Source: Candidatus Alistipes stercoravium
Lineage (GTDB): Bacteria > Bacteroidota > Bacteroidia > Bacteroidales > Rikenellaceae
NCBI GenBank assembly: GCA_019119615.1
Contig: DWWQ01000006.1
Location: forward strand, 4,079-68,078
Length of the DNA stretch: 64,000 nt
Reading direction: 5' to 3'
Shown: piece by piece, positions 40,101-47,894 of the stretch
How the letters are laid out: every line of letters begins with the position of its first letter
Position numbering within the stretch: position 1 is the stretch's first letter
The notes under the pieces: generated by a model
Told to the model about the DNA's origin: nothing
What the model saw: the letters and a program-made list of their open reading frames with translations, nothing else
Database searches by the model: none
Position numbers and translations under genes: made by a program

Positions 40101-40214
40101 GTACTCGGCCGCCTTCTTCTCTACGCTACGCGTCTTGAACGTAAACGAGAGCTGATAAACGCACGCGAGCACAAGCAGTACCGCGATGAGTTTAATAAAA
40201 CCTTTACTTTGCAT
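37179..40214 (-). CDS. secDF: Protein translocase fused subunit SecDF
   Basis: LNLGLDLKGG, GPSLG, GMAVDANV, GYAINDTVVVFDRIRE, TLSRT. -7 box at 40274-40281. Confidence 0.98.
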   Translation of the reverse strand: MQSKGFIKLIAVLLVLACVYQLSFTFKTRSVEKKAAEYAAQFPLDEQSGAEQHYLDSVQNLPVYNMGLRKFTYKECKGKELNLGLDLKGGMNVMLEVQVEDVVKALAGDSQMDPSFQAAIAEANEALKQGTSSDYIGVFVKAYERVSGGQPLAALFVSPDRKDITLESSDADVEKMLKQETEAAIAASFNVLRSRIDHFGVTQPNIMRLPNSHRILVELPGVKEPQRVRDLLQGTASLEFWTTYDAREILPMLVSADKLLKSEMTEQTAEVSTEEGVEAVAAEASAADTTATESGLIAEVGASEQAPAAEVAQGGNFSREENPLFAVLDPSYAGGAAIGAAYKADMAAVNAYLSQPSVRELLPADITFKWAVKGDDHIDGRYYLYAIKVSTPDGKAPLDGSVVTDAREQYAQRGATAEVSMTMNAEGTQEWARLTGENVGKCIAIVLDDYVYSAPRVNGKIDKGQSSITGDFTIQEAQDLANVLNSGKVPAPAKIIQDTVVGPSLGQKSINAGMLSFVIAFILVLLYMGLFYKTAGWMADVALLINVFLLMGVLVSFGAVLTLPGIAGIVLTMGMAVDANVIIYERIKEELRGGKGLSLAIKDGFSKAYSAIIDGQLTTIITGVVLFVFGTGPIQGFATTLIIGILTSVFCAIFITRLLIEWIVAKWGTISFSYKWSENFLNNTHIDFISKRKVAYVISIALMVLSFASFAVRGLNLGAEFTGGRAYVVRFDKAVSAEEVRQNLTEAFAKIDNADASSISIEVKQYGNENQMRIVTQYRYDDTSDEATAEVERILYDAVKPLYSYEISFDQFRNTQTDLNGILTADKIGPSIAQDMTWNAIYSVLFSLIAIGLYITFRFKRWQWATGATLALAFNALLIIGIFSMFYGILPFNLEVNQAFIAAILTIIGYAINDTVVVFDRIREYMTLYPKRNLKELVNGAINSTLSRTINTSGTTLVTLLAIVVFGGETIRGFIFALIIGVIVGTAATIFIATPMAYDLMKKRAKLDEEK

Positions 40215-40338
40215 TTGCGTGAAAAAAATTTGTTATTATTTGTTGTAATTCATTCATTACGCACAATAGCACGCAAAGATAAAAAAAAAGAATTGAAAAT
40301 ATGTATCCCCGCCGAAAAATCTCTATTTTTGGGGCGTC

Positions 40339-41229
40339 ATGATCCGCTACACCGAATACAAGTACCATCTGGCAGCCCTTTTTACGGTCTGCGTATGGGG
40401 CGCGACGTTCGTCTCGACCAAAGCGCTGATCGCCGCAGGTCTCACCCCCGAGGAGATCTTCTTCATACGCTTCGTGATGGCCTATCTGGGCATGATCCCC
40501 TTTGCGCCGCGCAAACTTCTGGCCGACAGCCTCCGCGACGAGGCGCTGCTGCTCGCCGCCGGAATAAGCGGCGGATCGCTCTATTTCCTGCTCGAAAACG
40601 TCGCCCTGGAGTATGCCCCGGCATCGAACGTCTCGCTGATCGTCTGCACGGCGCCCGTATGGACCGCACTCGCACTCGGCCTGACCGACCGCAGCGAACG
40701 CATGACGCGCCGCCAGGCGGGCGGTGCCGCACTGGCCGCGGCAGGCATGGCGCTCGTCGTCCTCAACGGCCGATTCGTCCTGCACCTCGCACCGGCAGGA
40801 GACCTGCTGGCGCTGGCGGCCGCCCTGATGTGGATGGTCTACTCGCTGGTAATCAAACGCCTCGGAGACCGCTACGCTGCGGCATTCGTCGCCCGGAAGG
40901 TCTTTTTCTACGGCATCCTGACCATTCTGCCCGTATTCCTCCTGCGGCCGTTCGACGTCCCGGCCGCACAACTCGCACAACCCGTCGTTTGGGGCAACCT
41001 GCTCTTTCTGGGCATCGTGGCCTCGGGCGTCTGTTATGCCCTCTGGAACGTCGCCATGCTCCGGCTGGGCGCCGTACGGGCCACGAACTACATCTATATC
41101 AATCCGTTGGTTACAATGCTCACGGCGGCACTCTGTATCGGCGAGCGCATCACCCTCGCAGCCATGGCGGGTGCCGCAATGATTCTCTACGGCATGTGGT
41201 GCGCGGAGCGGACCGGCAAAAGAAGCTAA
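40339..41229 (+). CDS. EamA/DMT family transporter
   Basis: About 10 TM helices in two EamA repeats (VWGATFVSTK; GIVASGVCYALWN; YIYINP). Confidence 0.92.
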   Translation: MIRYTEYKYHLAALFTVCVWGATFVSTKALIAAGLTPEEIFFIRFVMAYLGMIPFAPRKLLADSLRDEALLLAAGISGGSLYFLLENVALEYAPASNVSLIVCTAPVWTALALGLTDRSERMTRRQAGGAALAAAGMALVVLNGRFVLHLAPAGDLLALAAALMWMVYSLVIKRLGDRYAAAFVARKVFFYGILTILPVFLLRPFDVPAAQLAQPVVWGNLLFLGIVASGVCYALWNVAMLRLGAVRATNYIYINPLVTMLTAALCIGERITLAAMAGAAMILYGMWCAERTGKRS

Positions 41230-41296
41230 TTCCGAAGCCCGGAGGCGGATTTTCCGATCCTTTTCGTATCTTTGGGAAACAAATTCCCAAATCCGC

Positions 41297-42601
41297 ATGA
41301 AAAAACTCCTTCTCTGCTGCTGTGCCGCCCTGCTCGCCGCAAGCGCCGCAGCACAATCCGGGTATGTGCCGGCTCCCGAAAACATCGCCGCACGGCGGCA
41401 GTTCGCCGACGCCCGTTTCGGAATCTTCATCCACTGGGGTCTCTATGCCCTGCTCGGGCAGGGCGAATGGGTGATGACCAACCTCGACATCGACCGCGAC
41501 GAATATGCCAAACTCGCCGGAGGATTCTATCCGGCACGGTTCAACGCCCGGGAATGGGTTACGGCATTCCGCGAGGCCGGGGCCCGCTACATCTGTTTCA
41601 CGACGCGCCATCACGACGGATTCTCGATGTTCCGCACGGCCCGGTCGCCCTACAACGTCGTCGATGCCACGCCCTTTGCGCGCGACGTGGTGCGCGAACT
41701 GGCCGAGGAGTGCCACCGGCAGGGGCTGGGCGTGCACTTCTACTACTCGCTCATCGACTGGTGGCGCGAGGATGCCCCGCGCGGGAGAACCGGACGCGGC
41801 ACGGGCCGCGATCCCGAAAAGGAGGATCCCGACGCCTACTTCGCCTTCATGAAGGCGCAGCTCACCGAGCTGCTCACGCAATACGGTCCCGTGGGGGCCA
41901 TCTGGTTCGACGGCGTATGGGATCAGGACGAGAATCCCTCGTTCGACTGGCTGCTCGGAGAGTTATACGGGCTCATACACCAGCTCCAGCCGGCCTGTCT
42001 GGTGGTGAACAACCACCACCTCGCGCCTTTCGAGGGGGAGGATGCGCAGACCTTCGAACGCGACCTGCCCGGGGAGAACACCGCCGGACTGTCGGGACAG
42101 GAGGTAAGCCGCCTGCCGCTCGAGACCTGCCAGACGATGAACGGGTCGTGGGGCTACCGCATCACGGACCGGAACTACAAATCGACCGACGATCTGATCC
42201 GTTACCTTGCAGGGGCAGCCGGACGCGGCGGCAACCTGCTGCTCAACGTCGGGCCGCAGCCCGACGGCGCGCTGCCCGAGGCGGCGCTCGAACGCCTCGC
42301 AGGGATCGGCGCCTGGATGCGCGAAAATGCTTCCACAATCTGTGGGACGGAGGCCGGGCCCGTAACGCCACGCGCCTGGGGCGTTACGACCCGTTGCGGC
42401 GACCGGGTCTACGTCCATATTCTCGACTGGCCCGACACGGAGCTCTTCGTTCCGATCCGCGGCATGCGCGTCCGCAAGGCGGCAAACTTCGCCGACGGCC
42501 AAAAGATCGGATTCCGGCAGGACGAGGAGGGCGTAACGCTCCGGCTGGGCGCGGTGCCCGAAACGCCGGACCATATCGTCGTGCTGACCGTCGGGGAGTA
42601 A
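41297..42601 (+). CDS. GH29 alpha-L-fucosidase
   Basis: Signal peptide, FGIFIHWGLY, TTRHHDGF, IWFDG, ETCQTMNGSWGY, NLLLNVGP. -7 box TATCTTTG at 41267-41274. Confidence 0.94.
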   Translation: MKKLLLCCCAALLAASAAAQSGYVPAPENIAARRQFADARFGIFIHWGLYALLGQGEWVMTNLDIDRDEYAKLAGGFYPARFNAREWVTAFREAGARYICFTTRHHDGFSMFRTARSPYNVVDATPFARDVVRELAEECHRQGLGVHFYYSLIDWWREDAPRGRTGRGTGRDPEKEDPDAYFAFMKAQLTELLTQYGPVGAIWFDGVWDQDENPSFDWLLGELYGLIHQLQPACLVVNNHHLAPFEGEDAQTFERDLPGENTAGLSGQEVSRLPLETCQTMNGSWGYRITDRNYKSTDDLIRYLAGAAGRGGNLLLNVGPQPDGALPEAALERLAGIGAWMRENASTICGTEAGPVTPRAWGVTTRCGDRVYVHILDWPDTELFVPIRGMRVRKAANFADGQKIGFRQDEEGVTLRLGAVPETPDHIVVLTVGE

Positions 42602-42617
42602 CCCCGTCCGAACATAC

Positions 42618-42684
42618 AAAAAAAGCGGAGGAGTGTCGCCACTCCCCCGCTTTTCGTTTCGGAGGCACGGAACTCCGTGCATCC
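42618..42684. terminator. Bidirectional terminator plus second hairpin (fucosidase/dnaK)
   Basis: A7-GCGGAGGAGTG...CACTCCCCCGC-TTTT, then GGAGGCACGG-aact-CCGTGCATCC. Confidence 0.8.
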
Positions 42685-42699
42685 GGGGCCTGCGCCCGA

Positions 42700-44616
42700 T
42701 TATTTTACCTCCTCGAACTCGACATCCTCGGGCTGCGATTGTCCGTCGTTCGACTGCGCGCCCGTGTTGGCCTGCTGCTGGCCGGCGCCGGCGTTCTGCT
42801 GGGCACCCTGAGCCTGCTGCTGTGCGTAGATGTCCTGCGAGGCGGCCTGCCAGGCGGCGTTGAGCTCCGCGATGGCCGTGTCGATGGCTGCCACGTCGGC
42901 ATTTTTGTGTGCCTCCTTCAGCTTGCCCAGAGCCGTCTCGATGGCCGCCTTCTTGTCGGCAGGCAGCTTGTCGCCGTACTCCTTGAGCTGCTTCTCGGTG
43001 GCAAAGATGTTCGAGTCGGCGGCGTTGATCTTATCAATACGCTCCTTCTCGGCCTTGTCCTTCGCCTCGTTGGCCTTCGCCTCGTCGCGCATGCGCTGGA
43101 TCTCCTGCTCGGTCAGACCCGACGATGCCTCGATTCGGATCTTCTGCTCCTTGCCCGTGCCCTTGTCCTTGGCCGAAACGTTCAGAATGCCGTTGGCGTC
43201 GATATCGAACGTTACCTCAATCTGCGGCACACCGCGCGGTGCGGCCGGAATGCCGTCGAGGTGGAAGCGGCCGATCGACTTGTTGTCGCGGGCCAGCGGA
43301 CGCTCACCCTGGCAGACGTTGATCTCTACGGAAGGCTGGTTGTCGGCTGCCGTCGAGAAGACTTCCGACTTGCGCGTCGGGATCGTCGTGTTGGCGTCGA
43401 TGAGCTTCGTCATCACACCGCCCAGCGTCTCGATACCGAGCGACAGCGGCGTAACGTCGAGCAGCAGCACATCCTTCACTTCGCCCGTCAGCACACCACC
43501 CTGGATGGCGGCGCCGATAGCTACGACCTCGTCGGGGTTCACCGACTTGTTGGGCGTCTTGCCGAAGAAGTCGGCGACGATCTTCTGGATGGCGGGGATA
43601 CGCGTCGAACCGCCCACGAGGATCACCTCGTCGATCTGCGAAGCCTCCAGACCCGCATCACGCAGCGCCAGCTTGCACGGCTCGACGGTCTTGCGGATCA
43701 GATGGTCGCACAACTGCTCGAACTTGGCGCGCGTCAGCGTCATCACCAGGTGCTGCGGAATGCCGTTCACGGGCATGATGTACGGCAGGTTGATCTCCGT
43801 CGTCGTCGAAGACGAGAGTTCGATCTTCGCCTTCTCGGCAGCCTCCTTCAGTCGCTGCAGCGCCATCGGGTCCTCACGCAGGTCGATGCCGTGCTCGGCC
43901 TTGAAGGCCTCAGCCATATAGTCGATCAGCACATGGTCGAAGTCATCGCCTCCGAGGTGCGTATCACCGTTCGTGGACTTCACCTCGAAGACGCCGTCGC
44001 CCAGCTCCAGAATCGAGATATCGAACGTACCGCCGCCCAGGTCGTACACGGCGATCTTCATGTCGTTCTGCTTCTTGTCCAGACCGTAGGCCAGGGCTGC
44101 GGCCGTAGGCTCGTTGATGATTCGGCGAACCTTCAGACCCGCGATCTCGCCGGCCTCCTTCGTAGCCTGACGCTGCGAATCGGAGAAGTAGGCCGGAACC
44201 GTGATCACCGCCTCGGTAACCTCCTGGCCCAAATAATCCTCGGCCGTCTTCTTCATCTTCTGAAGAATGATCGCCGAGATCTCCTGCGGCGTATAGAGAC
44301 GTCCGTCGATATCGACACGCGGCGTGTTGTTGTCGCCACGGACGATCGAATAGGGAGCACGGGCGATGTCGGCCGTTACCTTGTCGTAGGTCTCACCCAT
44401 GAAACGCTTGATCGAGAAGACCGTGCGCTTGGGGTTCGTGATCGCCTGACGCTTGGCGGGATCTCCCACCTTGCGCTCCCCGTCGGCCGTGAATGCCACG
44501 ACAGACGGCGTCGTGCGGTGTCCCTCCGAGTTGGGGATAACCACGGGCTCGTTGCCCTCCATCACTGCCACGCAGGAGTTCGTAGTTCCTAAATCGATAC
44601 CAATAATCTTTGCCAT
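42700..44616 (-). CDS. dnaK: Chaperone DnaK (Hsp70)
   Basis: [46 protein letters not shown]. Confidence 0.99.
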   Translation of the reverse strand: MAKIIGIDLGTTNSCVAVMEGNEPVVIPNSEGHRTTPSVVAFTADGERKVGDPAKRQAITNPKRTVFSIKRFMGETYDKVTADIARAPYSIVRGDNNTPRVDIDGRLYTPQEISAIILQKMKKTAEDYLGQEVTEAVITVPAYFSDSQRQATKEAGEIAGLKVRRIINEPTAAALAYGLDKKQNDMKIAVYDLGGGTFDISILELGDGVFEVKSTNGDTHLGGDDFDHVLIDYMAEAFKAEHGIDLREDPMALQRLKEAAEKAKIELSSSTTTEINLPYIMPVNGIPQHLVMTLTRAKFEQLCDHLIRKTVEPCKLALRDAGLEASQIDEVILVGGSTRIPAIQKIVADFFGKTPNKSVNPDEVVAIGAAIQGGVLTGEVKDVLLLDVTPLSLGIETLGGVMTKLIDANTTIPTRKSEVFSTAADNQPSVEINVCQGERPLARDNKSIGRFHLDGIPAAPRGVPQIEVTFDIDANGILNVSAKDKGTGKEQKIRIEASSGLTEQEIQRMRDEAKANEAKDKAEKERIDKINAADSNIFATEKQLKEYGDKLPADKKAAIETALGKLKEAHKNADVAAIDTAIAELNAAWQAASQDIYAQQQAQGAQQNAGAGQQQANTGAQSNDGQSQPEDVEFEEVK

Positions 44617-44708
44617 AACTGTACTATGTTTTTAATTGTTCTTTTTCCGTTGTTGCTCCGCACCCCTTCGCTCTCGGGCTCCGGTCGTCGGATACGCCCT
44701 ACCTTCAA

Positions 44709-44723
44709 ACAAAGGTTGTACCA
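44709..44723 (-). promoter_or_regulatory. Candidate sigma54-type -24/-12 promoter of dnaK (TGGTACAACCTTTGT)
   Basis: GG-N10-GT spacing versus consensus TGGCACG-N4-TTGC. No TAnnTTTG box found on the minus strand in 44617-44980. Confidence 0.5.
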
Positions 44724-44735
44724 AACAGAAATTAC

Positions 44736-44809
44736 TGCCAATTTGACAGCCCGATGACAAAAAAACGGGCCGACCGACCTCCGACATCCGGCATTTTGGC
44801 ATTTTGGCA
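44736..44809. promoter_or_regulatory. Cluster of (T/C)GNCA pentamers upstream of dnaK, candidate operator/enhancer
   Basis: TGCCA 44736, TGACA 44744, TGACA 44755, CGACA 44782, CGGCA 44789, TGGCA 44797, TGGCA 44805. Several are in 8-bp phase (GGCATTTT repeated). Confidence 0.5.
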
Positions 44810-44910
44810 GGACCCGCCATCGAAGCGGCTCACACCCGTGATGGATCCGCACGGATACCCGCCCAGCAGCGGGCTCAATATATAAAGGAGTGATTGGCTC
44901 TGCCGAAGAG

Positions 44911-44945
44911 AAAAAAATACCGGAACCCCTTTCCGGATTCCGGTA
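44911..44945 (-). terminator. Terminator of the small HTH gene
   Basis: A7-TACCGGAA...TTCCGGTA. Confidence 0.75.
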
Positions 44946-44980
44946 CTGCATCCGGCCGATTGCCGGACAAATCCTATGTC

Positions 44981-45226
44981 TTATCGCTGCTGCTCGCTCA
45001 AGATGCGCATCGCCACATCGAGTATCGTCGTATCATCGAGCGTTACCACGCCGCCGTCCGGTCCCGGTTCGAAATGAACCCCGACGCACTCCTTCGCCTC
45101 GTGGCTGCCTCCGAAATAGTTGCGGACAGTTTCTACATCGATTCCCAGTTCATCTGCAATGCGTTGCGAACTGCCGCTCGGCAGCCGGTCCTTGATACGA
45201 CGCAACTCGTTAAATGTGATAATCAT
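44981..45226 (-). CDS. Small conserved Bacteroidales HTH-type DNA-binding protein (81 aa)
   Basis: ITFNELRRIKDRLPSGS..RIADELGIDVETVRNYFGG helix-turn-helix pattern, then EPGPDGG...LDDTTIL. Confidence 0.8.
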   Translation of the reverse strand: MIITFNELRRIKDRLPSGSSQRIADELGIDVETVRNYFGGSHEAKECVGVHFEPGPDGGVVTLDDTTILDVAMRILSEQQR

Positions 45227-45460
45227 ATCAGTTGAATTTTAGGTGTTACACTTCTGCACAACTAAATTAATACAATTTTGCGGATTTACAAAATTTCTGC
45301 CCGAAAAAGTGGCACAAAACCGGAAAAACCGGTTACGCATCGAAAAAAACCGAAAGCAGGACGAAACGGCACGGGAGAAATGCATCCGTCCGCATCGGAA
45401 TCGTCTTCCGGGGCGGTACCGGACCGCAATGCCTCCCTCCGAAGATAGATCCGGGCGGAC

Positions 45461-45498
45461 AAAAAAGAACTCCCGCGAAATAACTTTCGCGGGAGCTC
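45461..45498 (-). terminator. Terminator of the FKBP lipoprotein operon
   Basis: A6-GAACTCCCGCGAAA-taac-TTTCGCGGGAGCTC. Confidence 0.85.
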
Positions 45499-45520
45499 AT
45501 GCCATCCAAATCCGAAACGG

Positions 45521-47101
45521 CTAATCCTCGTCGTCGGGCTCGATGTAGAGTTCGAAGATAAGCGGCGTGAAGGGCGGAATCTCCGTACTGATGGTCGTCT
45601 CGCTCTCCGAATCGTCGGTCGTCGTACCGTACCCGTAACCATACCCGTACCCGTAATAGGGATTGTAGTAGCCACCGTAGTAACTGCCGTAGTAGCCGCC
45701 GTAGTAACCTCCGTAGTAGCCGCTGTTTCCGTAGTAGCTGTTGTAATAGCTCAAATAATTGAGGTAGTCCCAATAGGACGACGAATAGCCGCTGCTGTCC
45801 GTGGTCGTACCGCCCGAACGGCCGGTCGAACCGTAGCAGTTCGTCGAGGTGGCGATGATCGCGGCCCACTGTCCGTACTGCAGGTTGGGAACCGTATAGT
45901 ACCACGCCGTAATGGCACCACCCTCTTTGGGCGTATATTCGGATACCTTGCCCTCGGAAACGACCTCACCGTAGATGATCTGCTTCACCTCGTCGATGTT
46001 CGTGTCGAAGATAAAGCCGTCGAGGAAGCGGCCGATATACCAGATCTTCGCCGTACCGTCGAGCTTCACCGTATCGGCCTTCAACTCCTTGATGCCGGGA
46101 TAGGGCTCGTCCTCGTCGGGATGGAAGCGCTTGACGAGCGCCTCGTTGATCTGCGCCTCGAGCGTCGCCATCGAGGCGGCGTCGGCATAGGGAAGATATC
46201 CCGAGGCATAGGGTTTGGGGAAAGTCAGCCCCTTGACGGCCGGGTTGAAACGGTAATTGACATAGACCTGCGGGATGGAGTCGTTGGCGCTGACCCACTC
46301 CTCGGCCACGTTGTAGGGATGATCCGCATCCTCGGGATCTTCGGGGAGCGGCTTGGCATCCGCCGTCTCATCGTCATTGTCGTAAATCTTCAGACCGCCG
46401 TTCGTCTCATTGCAGAAGGTATCGACCTCGTGGCCCTCCTTCTCGAGCGGGTTCTTGACCGTATCGCAGATCGTCATCGTAACGATGAAAGGACGCTGCG
46501 CATCGAGCGTGAAGGTCTGGTTGTCGTCGTTCTGACCCTCATAACCACCATCGCCCGAGACACCGCTCGAACCCACGACGCGCGAAGGCATGTAAAGCAC
46601 CACCTTCGAGCCCTCGCGAAGCCGGATCTCCGTATCCAGACCGCGCGCCGAGGCGTAGTCGGGATCCAGATACAGCGTGTTGCGCATGGCCAGGTAGGTA
46701 CCTTCGATCTGTCCGGAACTCGTGGCATAGCTCTCGCCGCAGTAACGGTAATAGGGCACATAGTGCGTGTATTTGGTGAAAGAACCCACCTGATGCGCTT
46801 CGGCGGCATTGCGCGTGAGGATGATGTTGCCGCTCAAGTCGCGTCCCGAGAAGTCGAACGACACCCAGCAGACCGTATCGCTGATCGGCGCAGCATTCAT
46901 GTCGCCCGCCTCCAGCACATCGACATAATAGCCGCCGTCGGACTGGTAGTTCTTGACCAACTCGGGCCGGTGCTGGTGCATCCAGGCCTCGAGAGCCTGG
47001 TTCTCGAACTTGTCGAACGACTCGGTCTCCTCCTTCGCGCAGGAAGAAAGCAGCAGCACGGCCATCGCCGCAAGACACCATATACGGGTATACAATTTCA
47101 T
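45521..47101 (-). CDS. Lipoprotein with two FKBP-type PPIase-like domains and a Tyr/Gly-rich insert
   Basis: Lipobox LLLSSC. Domain 1: WVSFDFSGRDLSG, LREGSKVVLYMPS. Domain 2: WYIGRFLDGFIFDTN, ITAW, NCYG..., IPPFTPLIFEL. Confidence 0.8.
   Translation of the reverse strand: MKLYTRIWCLAAMAVLLLSSCAKEETESFDKFENQALEAWMHQHRPELVKNYQSDGGYYVDVLEAGDMNAAPISDTVCWVSFDFSGRDLSGNIILTRNAAEAHQVGSFTKYTHYVPYYRYCGESYATSSGQIEGTYLAMRNTLYLDPDYASARGLDTEIRLREGSKVVLYMPSRVVGSSGVSGDGGYEGQNDDNQTFTLDAQRPFIVTMTICDTVKNPLEKEGHEVDTFCNETNGGLKIYDNDDETADAKPLPEDPEDADHPYNVAEEWVSANDSIPQVYVNYRFNPAVKGLTFPKPYASGYLPYADAASMATLEAQINEALVKRFHPDEDEPYPGIKELKADTVKLDGTAKIWYIGRFLDGFIFDTNIDEVKQIIYGEVVSEGKVSEYTPKEGGAITAWYYTVPNLQYGQWAAIIATSTNCYGSTGRSGGTTTDSSGYSSSYWDYLNYLSYYNSYYGNSGYYGGYYGGYYGSYYGGYYNPYYGYGYGYGYGTTTDDSESETTISTEIPPFTPLIFELYIEPDDED
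45626..45718 (-). repeat. Coding micro-repeats: 5 x 6 bp (GY) and 4 x 12 bp (YYGG/YYGS)
   Basis: ACCGTA CCCGTA ACCATA CCCGTA CCCGTA at 45626-45655, and N4-CCGTAGTA x4 at 45671-45718. Confidence 0.9.
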
Positions 47102-47144
47102 ATCTCGTAAAATTCTCATTTCCATATCAATTTAAAGCAGAGCG

Positions 47145-47744
47145 TCATTCAACCGCCTCGACGGTGAAAAACCACGCCACGGGACTCTCGCGGGGTATCG
47201 TGCTGAAGTTCGCGTCCCCGTAGGCCATGTTGTAGGTCATGTAAGCCTCGACCTCATCGCCCTCGCGACATCCCAGTAACGCATAACGCAGCCCTTTTAG
47301 TATGTCACCGCGCATGTCGAGCGTCAGCGGCTCGAACGACCAGGCATCCTCGGCAAGCCCCAGCTCAAGATAGGCGCTGCGGAGCAGCGGATCGTTCGAA
47401 TAGTAAGGGAACGTGCTGTCGGTGATCGTCGAAAAGGTGAAGACATAGGCCCGGAAGGTGATCGTTACCTTCGACGAAGCCTCGACTACCCTTTTCTGGT
47501 CCCGGCCAGGTGCGTAATAGTTGTCGATATACCGATAGACCGTGTTACCCGAGACCGTATAGAAGGGCTGCTGCGCCTCCTGGTCGGCATCCGACTCCGC
47601 AACAAGCGCCGGGGCGTGGGACGACGTGAGGAAGGAGACGATCTTGTCCCGCTGGTTGGGAAGCACCTCCTCGTCGGAACACGAAAGGCAGCACACCGCA
47701 ACCAGTGCGACAAAGGCGTATGACCACAATCTTTTCATCGGCAT
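47145..47744 (-). CDS. Single-domain FKBP-type lipoprotein
   Basis: Lipobox CCLSC, ILKGLRYALLGCREGDEVEAYMTYNMAYG, IPRESPVAWFFTV. -7 box TAAATTTG at 47754-47761. Start 47744 or 47738. Confidence 0.8.
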   Translation of the reverse strand: MPMKRLWSYAFVALVAVCCLSCSDEEVLPNQRDKIVSFLTSSHAPALVAESDADQEAQQPFYTVSGNTVYRYIDNYYAPGRDQKRVVEASSKVTITFRAYVFTFSTITDSTFPYYSNDPLLRSAYLELGLAEDAWSFEPLTLDMRGDILKGLRYALLGCREGDEVEAYMTYNMAYGDANFSTIPRESPVAWFFTVEAVE

Positions 47745-47836
47745 AGAATCGTGCAAATTTACAAAAACAATCCGATTTACGAACAACAAACGCAAAAAAA
47801 CGCCCCTTCGTATGCCGAAGCTGCCGGCCGGAACAC

Positions 47837-47867
47837 AAAAAAAGGGACGGATATCACTATCCGTCCC
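47837..47867 (-). terminator. Terminator of the large surface lipoprotein gene
   Basis: A7-GGGACGGATA-tcac-TATCCGTCCC. Confidence 0.9.
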
Positions 47868-47894
47868 GAAATATGGAAGTAATTGGGATCCCAA

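Noticed and set aside
44617-44980. CIRCE/HrcA or CtsR boxes upstream of dnaK
   Set aside because: No TTAGCACTC-N9-GAGTGCTAA. The repeats have 8-bp phase and TGNCA cores rather than CtsR GGTCAAA heptads.
45310-45324. TGGCACAAAACCGGA as a second sigma54 site
   Set aside because: No -12 TTG element, and it points away from any gene start on the + strand.
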